A stretch of 62,914 bases of DNA, counting the filler, from Octopus bimaculoides (taxonomy: Eukaryota), in NCBI RefSeq assembly GCF_001194135.2. It is 7 parts of 7 records of this genome, joined end to end, with 100 filler letters (N's around TTAATTAATTAA, not from the genome) between each part and the next. Parts side by side here need not be neighbours in the genome. Positions count along the whole stretch, not along the records: positions 27,669 to 58,359 come from NC_068991.1; 6 more parts are not named here. One strand, 5' to 3'. Made by a program: the position numbers and the translations under genes. Within the stretch, counting starts at the first letter, position 1. The number at the start of each line of letters is the position of its first letter. The notes under the pieces are model-generated. The model was not told the DNA's origin. It worked only from the letters and a program-made list of their open reading frames with translations, and did not search any database. This document shows, piece after piece, positions 39,871 to 51,915 of the stretch.

Positions 39871-41418
39871 TGTGGTGAGATGGAGGAAGAAGACAACAAG
39901 AAGCAAAAGGACAGAATGAAGCGTTGGACCTTACCTTGCCGACCGCAGCGGAGTACACGATCGCTCCTGATCAGAACACGTCTTTCTCGTAACGTCAATC
40001 TCATCCACCAAGTGACCAACTACAATTGCTTGCAGCGTTAGCTTTGCTCCCTGCACCTCAATCTGCACGTCAGTAATGCCTTCACAGCGTACCTGTCTTC
40101 CGTCGACTGCCCTCACACTGCTTTCTCCACTCCACGTCTCTACCACTCCCGGAGTCATCAGGGTCGTTGTACAGCCCGTGTCCACAAGGGCACGCGACAT
40201 CTTCCCATCCACTAGCACATCAACAACGGGTAGAAAAAATTGCGCCTTTATTGATCTGNNNNNNNNNNNNNNNNNNNNNNNNNNNNNNNNNNNNNNNNNN
40301 NNNNNNNNNNNNNNNNNNNNNNNNNNNNNNNNNNNNNNNNNNNNNNNNNNNNNNNNNNNNNNNNNNNNNNNNNNNNNNNNNNNNNNNNNNNNNNNNNNNN
40401 NNNNNNNNNNNNNNNNNNNNNNNNNNNNNNNNNNNNNNNNNNNNNNNNNNNNNNNNNNNNNNNNNNNNNNNNNNNNNNNNNNNNNNNNNNNNNNNNNNNN
40501 NNNNNNNNNNNNNNNNNNNNNNNNNNNNNNNNNNNNNNNNNNNNNNNNNNNNNNNNNNNNNNNNNNNNNNNNNNNNNNNNNNNNNNNNNNNNNNNNNNNN
40601 NNNNNNNNNNNNNNNNNNNNNNNNNNNNNNNNNNNNNNNNNNNNNNNNNNNNNNNNNNNNNNNNNNNNNNNNNNNNNNNNNNNNNNNNNNNNNNNNNNNN
40701 NNNNNNNNNNNNNNNNNNNNNNNNNNNNNNNNNNNNNNNNNNNNNNNNNNNNNNNNNNNNNNNNNNNNNNNNNNNNNNNNNNNNNNNNNNNNNNNNNNNN
40801 NNNNNNNNNNNNNNNNNNNNNNNNNNNNNNNNNNNNNNNNNNNNNNNNNNNNNNNNNNNNNNNNNNNNNNNNNNNNNNNNNNNNNNNNNNNNNNNNNNNN
40901 NNNNNNNNNNNNNNNNNNNNNNNNNNNNNNNNNNNNNNNNNNNNNNNNNNNNNNNNNNNNNNNNNNNNNNNNNNNNNNNNNNNNNNNNNNNNNNNNNNNN
41001 NNNNNNNNNNNNNNNNNNNNNNNNNNNNNNNNNNNNNNNNNNNNNNNNNNNNNNNNNNNNNNNNNNNNNNNNNNNNNNNNNNNNNNNNNNNNNNNNNNNN
41101 NNNNNNNNNNNNNNNNNNNNNNNNNNNNNNNNNNNNNNNNNNNNNNNNNNNNNNNNNNNNNNNNNNNNNNNNNNNNNNNNNNNNNNNNNNNNNNNNNNNN
41201 NNNNNNNNNNNNNNNNNNNNNNNNNNNNNNNNNNNNNNCGTAACGTCGCTGTTTTCTGACTGACTCCACGTGCTAGCCTTCGACCGCGTGTCGCCGACTT
41301 CCGATCTGACCCTTCCGGTCTGGCCCTTCCGGTCTGGCCCTTCCGGTCTGGCTTCACCTCTGTTTGCCCCACCCCTCTCCACCACAACACACAGCTCATC
41401 ACAGCCCATAACACCACA
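39871..41418 (-). mobile_element. Internally deleted Gypsy-like LTR retrotransposon with aspartyl protease
   Basis: Termini TGTGGTG...CACCACA. 5-bp TSD GAATC (39866-70 and 41419-23). Retropepsin ALVDTGCTTTL at ~40000-40258. CpG-rich relative to its flanks. Confidence 0.88.
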
Positions 41419-41515
41419 GAATCATTAGAAAAAATACAGTTCTATATTTAAGAGATGAGGAATTATGTACATTATTTACATTTGATGGATATTTGTCCTC
41501 ATCTTGTTTGTTGTT

Positions 41516-41561
41516 AACACAACATTTCGGCTGATATACACTCCAGCCTTCATCAGGTGTC
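41516..41561 (-). ncRNA. Minimal hammerhead ribozyme (stem III ACGT>ATGT)
   Basis: Minus strand reads GACAC CTGATGA AGGCTG..CAGCC GAAA TGTT GTGTT. Confidence 0.7.
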
Positions 41562-41611
41562 TTGGAGAAATTTCGAACCTGGGTTCTCCTTCCTGAGGTT
41601 TTTTTCCCTAA

Positions 41612-41657
41612 GATACCTGATGAAGGCTGGAGGGTATATCAGCCAAAACATTGTGTT
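41612..41657 (+). ncRNA. Degenerate hammerhead ribozyme (G12>A, ACGT>ACAT)
   Basis: GATAC CTGATGA AGGCTG..CAGCC AAAA CATT GTGTT. Confidence 0.65.
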
Positions 41658-42292
41658 AACAACAAACAAGATGAGGACAAATATCCGTCAAATGTAAATA
41701 ATGATCAGAAAAAATATCTTGTGACATCTATTCTTTCACTCCAAAAACCTGCTGGTCTTGTGTCTAAATTATGAATCATCTCACAAGTACTACAGAGCTC
41801 TCATTTCACCATTACAATGCTTCTTGTATTACAACTGTCTGTAATCAGCTGTCATACTTACTTGTTACTTTGTTGTTGCAATCAATACTGTTTCCTTACA
41901 AATACTACAGTGTTGTGTCATTGTAAACCTACTTTACAGGAACAAATGTACCATTGCAACAGTTGCTGTGCTATGCACTCAACTTTGTGTATGTTGCAAA
42001 TCAATATTGTTAGCAAAAATATTTAATTTAATTTTCCTTTTTTAACTAACCCTTTTCTTGATGAATAAGTTTGCCACAATAGCATGAAGACTTTTTTCAC
42101 GTTACCATTAACTCTCTCTAACAAAAGTTCTAATATATAAAATACACATAGATAATGGACTATATACTAATGGCTAACAATTGTTTCAGCTAAGCATTTA
42201 AAGAGATTCAGTCCCATGGCTCAATTTCATTAATTGATCAATCCATGGTCTCTCAACTGAAAAACCTGTTGCCATATTTTCTTTGTGTGTGT

Positions 42293-45200
42293 TATCATCA
42301 TCATCATCATTATTGTTTAACGTCCGTTTTCCATGCTGGCATGGGTTGGATGGTTCGACTGGGTCTGGGAAGCCAGGAGGTTGCACCAGGCCCCAATCTG
42401 ATCTGGCAATGTTTCTACAGATGGATACCCTTCCTAACACCAACCACTCCAAGAGTGTAATGGGTGCTTTTTATGTGCCACCGGCACAGGGGCCAGAAGA
42501 GCTGGCTTTGATCACGATTGGATGCTGCTTTTTACATGCCACTGGCACAAAAGCCAGTCAAAGCGGCACTGGCATTGGCCACGTTCGGATGGTGCTTTTC
42601 ATGTGCTACTGGCACGGGGGTCACAACTACAATTTCCATTTGATTTGATTTGATACTGATGTTGATGCTGATGCACTTAACTCAATAGGTCTCCTCAAGC
42701 ACTACATGTCACCCTACAATCCAAGGTACTTTTGAGTAGGCTGGTTATGTGACACTGGCGTAGTTTACAGCTGTGAACTCACTTTATTGCCGGGTATTCT
42801 CAGACACAGCATACCTCCAGAGGTCTCGGTCTTTTGTCACTGTCTCTGTGAGGCCCAATGTTCGAAGGTCATGTCTCACCACCTCATCCCATGTCTTCCT
42901 GGGTCTCCCTCTACCCCGGATTCCTTCCACTGTTTGGGAGTGGCACTTCTTCACACAGCTCTCCTCATCCATCTGCAGTACATGACCATACCAACGCAAA
43001 AGTCTCTCTTGCACGCCACATCCAATGCTTCTTATGTCTAACATTTCTCTCAGGGTGCTTACACTCTGTCGTGTGTGAACACTAACATTGCACATTCAGC
43101 AGATCATGCTAGCTTCATTTCTTTCGAGCCTACACATGTCTTCAGCAGTCACAGCCCATGTTTCACTGCTATGAAGCATGGCAGTTCGCACACATGCATC
43201 ATACAATCTACCTTTCACTCTGAGCGAGNNNNNNNNNNTTCACTGCTATGAAGCATGGCAGTTCGCACACATGCATCATACAATCTACCTTTCACTCTGA
43301 GCGAGAGGCTCTTTGTCACCAGTAGGGGTAGAAGCTGTCTGAACTTTGCCCAGGCTATTCTTATTCTAGTTGTAACACTCACTGACCATCCAACCCCACT
43401 ACAGACATGGTCACCTAGGTGGCGAAAGCTATCAACTACTTCTAGTTTCTACCCCTGGCATGTGATGGAATCTGTTTTCTGAGCATCTGTGGTGTTTATT
43501 GCCCCTGTGCATCTGCTGCACCTCTTATGTATCCATAGCTTACACTGGGTACATCTTATGGAGTTTCTACCTACACATTTTCTACAGATTGAGCAGGGCC
43601 AACTATCTGAAGGGGTGTGTGATGTGTTCACCTTCCTACTTACTAGAAGTTTGGTCTTTGCAACATTGACTCTAAGGCCCTTTGATTCTAAATCTTACTT
43701 CCACATTTGAAGTTTCTTCTCTAGTTCTGGTAGTGATTCTGCTATGAGGGCCAGGTCATCAACATAGAGGAACTCCCAGGGGCACCCTGTCTTGAATTCC
43801 ACTGTTATTGCTTGGAGGACTATGATGAATAAGAGGAGGATGAGGGCTGATCCTTGGTGGACCCCTACTTCTACCTGGAATTCTTCACTATATGCATTTC
43901 CACTCCTAACCCTACTAATGGCATCTCTGTATAGGGCCTATACAGCCCTTATTAACTGTTATGTCTCAAGCTACTGCTATCTAGCACCTTCGGATGATCT
44001 CTACTCAACTGCTACACAACTGCTACTCGACTGCTACTCAACCACCTACCACAGTCAGACTACTTCTATTTATATGTCTTGGGAGATCCTACTTCTTTGC
44101 CTGGGGGCGTCGACACAACATTAACCATTCGCCAATCCCCAGTTTCCGCATCGCCCACCAGATAAGGGATCAGGGGACCCTGTCAAAGGCTTTCTCTAAG
44201 TCCACAATAGCCAAATATAGGGGTTTATCTTTGGCTAGGTATTTCTCCTGCAGTTGCCATACCAGGAATATAGCATCAGTGGTGCTTCTACCTGGCACAA
44301 AACCAAACTGCATCTCATCTAAGCAGACTCTCTCCCTAATTAGTTGGGCTATGACCCTCTCAGTGACCTTCATCACATGATCCAGCAGTTTGATATCCTT
44401 GTAGTTATTTCTATCTAAAGCATCACCTTTATCTTTGTAGCAGTCATTGGGTATGACTCCATCATGAACTACCTGGTTTACAATACGGGTGACTAGGCCA
44501 TAGCCACACCACCAGATGTTTTAAGCATCTCAGCAGTGATTCCTGGTGGGCCGGGGGCTTTTCCTGGCTTCATACCCTTAATTGCTTTATCTACCAGGGT
44601 GCTGTCTATTTGGATAGCTGGTCCTTCTACTGGATCAACATTTGGCAGACTCTCCCCCTCCCATTCATTCTCCACGTTCAGCAGTCTTTCATAATGGCTT
44701 CTCCAAGCCTCTTTTCCGAATCATTAAAAGCAAGTGCACCATCATCCATGTGGACACATTTCTCTCCTGTGACATCACAGTTTTCTCTCGCACACTGTCT
44801 TGCAATTCGAAATACTTCAGTTCTTTGGTCTTCACGTTGCTGAACATTGGCAAACTTCTTTTCTGCTTCATCCTTGGTTATGTATACCTGTCGCCCAGCT
44901 TCACTTTTGGCTATCTGGTACAGTTCCCTGCTATCCCCACCCTTCCAGGATTTCCAAGCCTGTTTCTTTGCTCTGATGGCTTTGTCTAACATATTATTCC
45001 ACCATCACATTACTCTAGGTCTGAAAGGGACTTTGCACCATCCACAGACTTTGTCTGTGGCACTCTGTAAGCTGTCCTATAGGAATTTCCAGCTACCTTC
45101 TATGTCCAAGGACTGTAGCTCCTCCCCACTCATAAAATTTCTTGATGAGGATGTCCCTAAATCTCTGACCATGTGAAAGGTTCTTTAGCTTCCAAATCCT

Positions 45201-45595
45201 TCTCTTCTGAATTGGTCGGCTTCTTGGCATCCTTCTGGTCTCAAGCTGAAAGTCACTAATGACTTGTCTATGCTGGGGAGTACATTCCTCACCTGTGAGG
45301 GTCTTTGTATTTAAGAGCAACCCTGCGTCCTGCTGTCTAGTGAGGATGAAATCAATCTGGCTAGCAGAGTCAGGTTATCGGGTAGCTGTCTGGCTTCCTG
45401 AATTTAGTGTTGCAGATTAAAAGGTTACATGTACCACAGAACTCCAGTAGCCTAGTTTCCTCATCATTCCGGGAACCAATATCATGGCCCCTGTGTACAC
45501 CAGTGAAGATACCAGATTTCCGCCCAACATGCCCATTAAAATCTGCACCTGCAAAGATGAGGTCATTGCCACTCGTCTTTGAGGTAGCCTGTAGT
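42293..45595 (-). mobile_element. RTE-clade LINE, decayed (APE + RT + 3' tail)
   Basis: APE motifs DFNGHVG and LLICNTKFRK. RT motifs QFGFVPGRSTTDAIF..DLEKAFDRVP and LYVDDL. C-terminus GRGRPRKTW..DRDLWR. (GAT)n tail at ~42293. Confidence 0.92.
43957..44120. mobile_element. 164-bp solo LTR inserted in the RTE RT domain
   Basis: TGTT...AACA termini and 5-bp TSD TTAAC (43952-56 and 44121-25). Removing it rejoins RT 'EWL|IRAV'. Confidence 0.8.
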
Positions 45596-45987
45596 ATAAA
45601 CAAACAACAAAAAAAAAGAATGGATGACAATTGAAAATACACAAAGTTAACACAATTGTAATCTTTTTAGAAAGACAATTGAGAAACGGATGTAGTGTTT
45701 TCATTTCAATATATTAAATCTTTTTCTTTTACATTCCAACTGGTTTACACTCTGAGTTCTTCAAAGGAAAATAAAGGTTTTTGAAGCAGTAATACCCAAC
45801 TGAATTTTAAAAGGTAGATTTACAGTTTGAATACTAGGAGTCTTGTTTAATTGTAATTCTTATTAGAAATATATTTTCTCTTTCTTTTTTATTCTCACAT
45901 GCACACATCTTTACACAATGTACCAGTGCACCAACATGCATAAATGAATAAAAAACCTAAAGAAAATGCTTCACTATTTCTTTTCAG

Positions 45988-46077
45988 AAAATTACTTACA
46001 TGGTCCTTGCCATTTTGTCAGCATGTCTTTTTGCAATTGCTGGAATTAGTGTCTTTGCTTTCCATGCAACTTTGGTG
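45988..46077 (+). CDS. MS4A-like protein, coding exon 3 (KITYMVLAILSACLFAIAGISVFAFHATLV)
   Basis: ttcttttcAG acceptor and GTGAGT donor. 90 nt, phase 0-0, TM3. Confidence 0.85.
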
Positions 46078-47499
46078 GTGAGTATATATATTATTTGTTT
46101 ATTTCTTGTTTCAAGAGAAGTTTGTTTGTGATTCTGGAAGTGAAAATTTTTAACTCAAAACTTTTATCAGTCTTGTTAGAAAATTTCCACATGAGATTTT
46201 AGTTTTATATTTTAAGAGAGTATTTTCATTCCTTAACCCTTTTGTTACCATATTTCTGTTGAGATGCTCTGTGTTTCTTTCAATTAATTTTAAATATAAC
46301 AAAAAATTTAGTAAAATAACTTAGTTATCATTAAGCTAGTGTTAGGAACAAATTGTGACTAAGGTTTGGTGGAAGATTTTAATTCAGAACTTTTGAAAAC
46401 AAGACATTTGTACTAGAGTCAGAGGCAGTTTCAGGTGGGTTGGCATCAAAAGGGTTAAAGTAGAAATATGGATCCATCATATTTTAATGAGCCTGGCTGA
46501 TTTATAATCTCAACATTTCTTGTGGCCATTCCATCTCTTTAAAATAATATGGACTACAACTATCAAATGACACATGAAATATATGGTGATATTGTTCCAT
46601 TTCAAAGGATTGAGAAAAGAGTTTTTCATGGTGTTTTGTTGATATTTTCTTGAGAATGAGTTGTAGCTGTTTGTTAGTCCATTTAATAGTATCAAAAGGA
46701 ATTGATCGAGAAGCAATATGAGATGACATTGAGATGGAAATTTAATTCTAAAGATGTGTCAGTGTTTTGACCTCTGTAGAAAATATATTCATCCAAGTGG
46801 AATGTATCCTAACTTAGCTATACATGCAAGAGAGATGACATCATTGCTTATCAGCACTTCTTTCTCTGAGCAGTTATTTTAAAAACTGAAGCACACCATT
46901 AACCAATTTGGAAACAAAATTGACTGATGCCTAACTGGATGATGTTTTTCCATTGGCATAATAAATCTGATGCCCAATATTGAAGAACTTTAAAGCAACA
47001 AACAGTATTAAATTTCACACTGATTCATCGATTTGTTTTCATTAAGATTAAATCAATTGATTATAGCATTCTGTGAGCTGACTATAAATAGTTTTGTGCA
47101 CTTGCATTTTCTTTGTTCCTAGCATTTAAAGCAGCCATATTTGGCCAAAATATTCTACCTGTTTTATGTTTAGACTGGCCAGATCTGGCCTCTCACCAAC
47201 CCTGCAATATCATTCTAAAGATTAACAGTCACCTCATCAAGATAATGCATGATTAATTCAAATCAATCTGAATAAATAAGCATTACATTTGAGAAAATTA
47301 TGCAAATGTTAAAGGGTTGAAACAGTTAAAGTAAGTAAAATGTGCTCGTTTTGAATTTGCTAATCTCAGTTTAATGTGATATGTGCTCATTTAGAATTAC
47401 AAATATTGTACTAGAAATATCTTAAAAGATACTTCTCCACAGCAAGATTATCATGTTTCTCTTTTTTTTTTTCATTAACAAAAAAATTCTATTTTTCAG

Positions 47500-47619
47500 A
47501 AACTAAATGGTTACCATAATCTGTATCCATTATTTTGTGTTGGATCATTTGCTATGTTTGTGGAATTTGTTATGGCAATTGTCTCTTCATCCATTTGCTG
47601 CTGCTGTTCACAAACAAAG
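47500..47619 (+). CDS. MS4A-like protein, coding exon 4 (KLNGYHNLYPLFCVGSFAMFVEFVMAIVSSSICCCCSQTK)
   Basis: tttttcAG acceptor and GTAACT donor. 120 nt, phase 0-0. TM4 is followed by a CCCC cluster, as in invertebrate CD20-like proteins. Confidence 0.85.
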
Positions 47620-48203
47620 GTAACTACAATTTCCTTTATTTGAAAATTATTTCTTACAAAGACAAAAACAAACAAAAATTCACCCATATAATGCAAAGGT
47701 AGCCATGTATCTCCTCTGTAGCATATCTAGATATATACATATATATATGGGTATATATATGTGTGTATGTATATATATATATATGCATATATATATATGC
47801 ATATATATATGTACTCATATATATAAATATATATATACACACATTTGGAAGTTTGATAGGCGTAAGACACGAAACCGGTACTCCCAGTTTATTTTATTGT
47901 ATAATGTTGTAATACAACCATTTGTTTCATTATGATATTAGTATTAGCATAAATTTTATATAAACCTCTTGTGCATTTTTACATATTTTTCTTTCTTAAA
48001 TATCTACAACAATGTGTAAACAAGATCTGACACCTTTGTTGGATGTATATGTATGTACATTTGTATATATATGTATATGTGTGTATATATGTATATATGT
48101 GTATGTATATGTATATATGTGTGTGTGTATATATATATTTGTATATATGTGTATATATATGTATATATATTTGTATATATGTGTATGTATATATATATTT
48201 GTA

Positions 48204-48264
<61 letters not shown>

Positions 48265-49815
48265 ATATATGTATACATATTTGTATATATGTATGTGTGT
48301 GTGTGTAAANNNNNNNNNNNNNNNNNNNNNNNNNNNNNNNNNNNNNNNNNNNNNNNNNNNNNNNNNNNNNNNNNNNNNNNNNNNNNNNNNNNNNNNNNNN
48401 NNNNNNNNNNNNNNNNNNNNNNNNNNNNNNNNNNNNNNNNNNNNNNNNNNNNNNNNNNNNNNNNNNNNNNNNNNNNNNNNNNNNNNNNNNNNNNNNNNNN
48501 NNNNNNNNNNNNNNNNNNNNNNNNNNNNNNNNNNNNNNNNNNNNNNNNNNNNNNNNNNNNNNNNNNNNNNNNNNNNNNNNNNNNNATAAAAGACCAATAG
48601 AATCAGTACTCGGCTTTAAAAAAAAGCACTGGGGTCAATTTGTCCGACTAAAACCCTTCATGATGCTTTAACATGGCCATAGTCAAATGACTGTAACTAG
48701 TAAAATAATATATATAAATATGTATATTTAGCTAGTTCTGGTTGACTGGGACTTTACAGTAAATTTAACTCTATTCTCTATCCTCAGTCACTCCATTAGT
48801 AAAGTACAAACTAGTTTTAAAATAATTGACTTCGTTTAATGTTTGTGTATATCTGATGTATATTTCTGTGTAATTGTGTTTCTGTTTGTGTATGTATCTT
48901 TGTGTATGTGTGTGTCCTAGTTTCACCCCAATTGTCTACCTACCTGACCATCCACTTACTTTATGGCTGAAGAAGTTTTTGTTTTTGTTTTTTGTTTTTT
49001 TTTTCATGCTTGCTCTTTAATGCATGTGTCACTATCACCACCACCACCGCCGTTGGTTTTCACTTCAACTTCCTTCTCCTCCTAACTTCTCCATGCTTCA
49101 CTGCCACCACCTCTTTCATAAGCTCCACCTTTTCTCATTAGCCCAACCACTACCACTTGCATAACCATTATTAGTACAATCATTCTCACCTATTTCATCA
49201 TGGTCTTCATACACTGTGCACTATTGTCTGTTATCACCATTACTTCCACCACTCCCACCATCATTATAATCATTATCATCGTCCTCACCACTATCTCTTC
49301 CATACACTGTTATAATTTCAACCACTTCCATTAGCACAACCATCGCTGCCGTCTTCATCAACCATCACTAGCAAATACCCTGTCTCCTCTCATTACTATC
49401 ATCCACTTACCCCAACATCAGGGGTGGAGGCATATACTGCCACCTGCCCCTCCCCCTTTAGCCATCACCTTTTACATCTACTGGAGTGGGGGCGTGGTTA
49501 GCAGTGTTATTGCCTTTGTTGTTACTGTCCTATCTAGACTTGGTAATTAACTCCCTGTTGTGTGCCTCATGGCCAAACAAAATGTATTTTGTTGTTGCAC
49601 TTGTAGATATGACTCAAAACTCCTCACATAATACGAGAAATTGTGATTGTAATGAAAATGCAAAATAAAAAAAAACTTACTTAAAAAAAATTTTAAAGAA
49701 AAATTCTCTTAGAGAAATGATTGGAAATTTATGAATATACCTTTTTATTAACAAATATATTTTATGTATAAAGTGATTTAATAATTTTTTAAATTCTTAT
49801 TTTTTGCTTCTACAG

Positions 49816-49881
49816 AGTAGTGTTGTTGTTGTGCAACAGAACCAGGCCACGGAGTTTATGAACCCATCAATCAACTCATAG
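49816..49881 (+). CDS. MS4A-like protein, terminal coding exon (SSVVVVQQNQATEFMNPSINS*)
   Basis: tttttgcttctacAG acceptor, phase 0, TAG at 49879-81. Followed by an AT-rich 3' region. Confidence 0.75.
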   Translation, partial: SSVVVVQQNQATEFMNPSINS

Positions 49882-49919
49882 AGTGCTTGTGCCATTCTCT
49901 CATTTTCCAACAGTTACAG

Positions 49920-49961
<42 letters not shown>

Positions 49962-49983
49962 GTCTCCACAAGAATACATTTAA

Positions 49984-50089
49984 AATAAATTCATCATATA
50001 TTGTGAAATTGAGAAATCTTTAAAATGCATTATATACATCAAATTTGTATTTTAAATTGCATTCTAGCTAAAATATTTTATTCAATAAA
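49984..50089 (+). promoter_or_regulatory. Candidate polyadenylation signals (AATAAA at 49984 and 50084)
   Basis: First AATAAA hexamers after the stop codon. The region is AT-rich, so chance hits are possible. Confidence 0.4.
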
Positions 50090-51001
50090 AGTTACTAAAA
50101 TATTCTGAATCCCCCCTACCCATTTCTTATTTTGGTAGTTTATATATACAGCTTACATATGAGAGAAGAGTGCACTATACCTATATAGTTTATATATGTA
50201 GTTGTGTTTACATTTACACATGAACAACCATTGTATCCTATTGTTACATTAAATAAACCTTGGCAACATGTACTATTGTCACTGAAACTGACCCTATTAA
50301 CATATCAGCTGAGCTATGTTATATTAAAGTATCATCACTAACTACCTTTTGATACTAACTATACTTTACTGTTAAAATACTTGTCAGTTTGTTTAACACT
50401 GAAATTCATTTACCATACATAATTACACTACATATTTTCATCAACTTTCTATTTTTCTCAAATAAAACATGTTTTTCATTACTGTTTTGTTCTCCCTTCT
50501 TAATCTTCAGATATATTCCTTTTAAATGTTTGTACCAACTGTCCCTTACTCTAATGTTTAGATGTACTTATTTTACTAGTAATTAATCTATACCAAAATA
50601 AGTAAAATTTCTAGTTCATATGCACTGATTCATGTTCAGTTCTTTTTTGTATTCTATTAAGAATATAATTCTTACTTTTTGGGCATGTTTAGTTATAATA
50701 TTTTTGCTAGAAGTTCTTGATGATTTTTTTCTTTTATTTTGTTTGTGATTTGTTCCAAGTATCCACTACTGCATATTTCTATTATATTAGTATTTTGATG
50801 ATAAATATTTTGCAGCTCACGGGGTCACATTATCAATTGTATTTTATTGCCTATAAATAAAGTTTTATAAACTCATTTAAATGGCTTTATTTTTAATTTG
50901 ATTTTATTTATCTCTTATTTATTCTTTATTTGTTTTTTCCTTCAATGTTTTTCTTGAATTAACAATTAAATCTACAAAGAATACTAAAAAGTATTTTTAT
51001 A

Positions 51002-51235
51002 CAGGGTGTTCAAAAAGTCTCTCCGCAGTATGTATTTTATTGCAAAATGAATATTTATAAGATGGTATAAGACTACGAAAGAATATATTAGACTTTATAA
51101 GACTTTAAAAGACTTTATAAGAGGTATTGAAAGTGTTGTCCTTCCTTTTCAATATATAAGTTGACTCTTCTACACATTTTGAAATACATCTTGGATGAAA
51201 AAAATTTACCGTGGAGAGACTTTTTGAACACCCTA
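51002..51235. mobile_element. Tc1/mariner internal-deletion derivative
   Basis: TIR CAGGGTGTTCAAAAAGTCTCTCC / GGAGAGACTTTTTGAACACCCTA with TA flanks. Minus strand encodes IEKEGQHFQYLL*. Confidence 0.85.
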
Positions 51236-51649
51236 TATTTTTGGCATATTTATGGTAAAAAGAACATTTAACTAGATATCTTATGTTAGTTAAACAGTTA
51301 ATATATGGATTAGTTTATTTGCTAATAATTTCAAGCCCTTACTAGAGGTCTTTCAAAGAAAGTCTCTTCATGTACCATTTGGCCATCATCTTCATAGAAG
51401 AGACACACTCTTGCATTCCAAAATGCAAAACAAAGAAGTCTGTATGTGATCCATGAGCCTGCTAGAAAAAGCTGTCATATCTTCCTCTTATCGCACTATA
51501 TCTGAAATATGGACACTGGACTTTCTACCATAGATTCGGCTATAAGAACAAGGCCATCAGCATAGGAGCTCTTATGGGTAACCATTCTTAAAAACTTCTT
51601 TGTTATGGCCTGGAGGACTGATAAATAGGAAGGGACTGAGAGCTGAACC

Positions 51650-51915
51650 CTGGTGAATTATCTATGCACTTAAGTTTATTGGTGTATTCATTGCTAACTT
51701 TCACCTTACTGACATGGCTTGAACAACTCTCACCATCCATTTTTCTACTCCTAGCTTCCACAGTGACCACCAGATGAGGGATTGATGTACCCTGTTCAAA
51801 GCTTTCTCCAAGTCAAAGAAAGCCAAGTGCAGCTGCTTACCTTTAGCTAAATACTTATTCTGCAAGTGTGTCATTAAGAAGAGAGCATTAGTAATGCTTC
51901 TTTCTGGCATGAACT
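51650..51915 (-). mobile_element. RTE RT fragment
   Basis: LQNKYLAKGKQLHLAFFDLEKALNRV..SLIWWSLWKLGVEKWMVR, homologous to 44170-44376. Confidence 0.85.

Larger units (their letters stand above)
41437..41703 (-). mobile_element. Short Penelope-like insertion of two inverted 3' ends (same family as 13 kb)
   Basis: Terminus cagttctatatttaagagatgagg matches 13758-13781 reversed. 13-bp TSD ATTAGAAAAAATA (41424-36) / ATCAGAAAAAATA (41704-16). Confidence 0.85.

Noticed and set aside
43161-43306. 68-bp direct repeat flanking a 10-N gap in the RTE
   Set aside because: An exact duplication on both sides of a gap is typical of an unmerged contig overlap.
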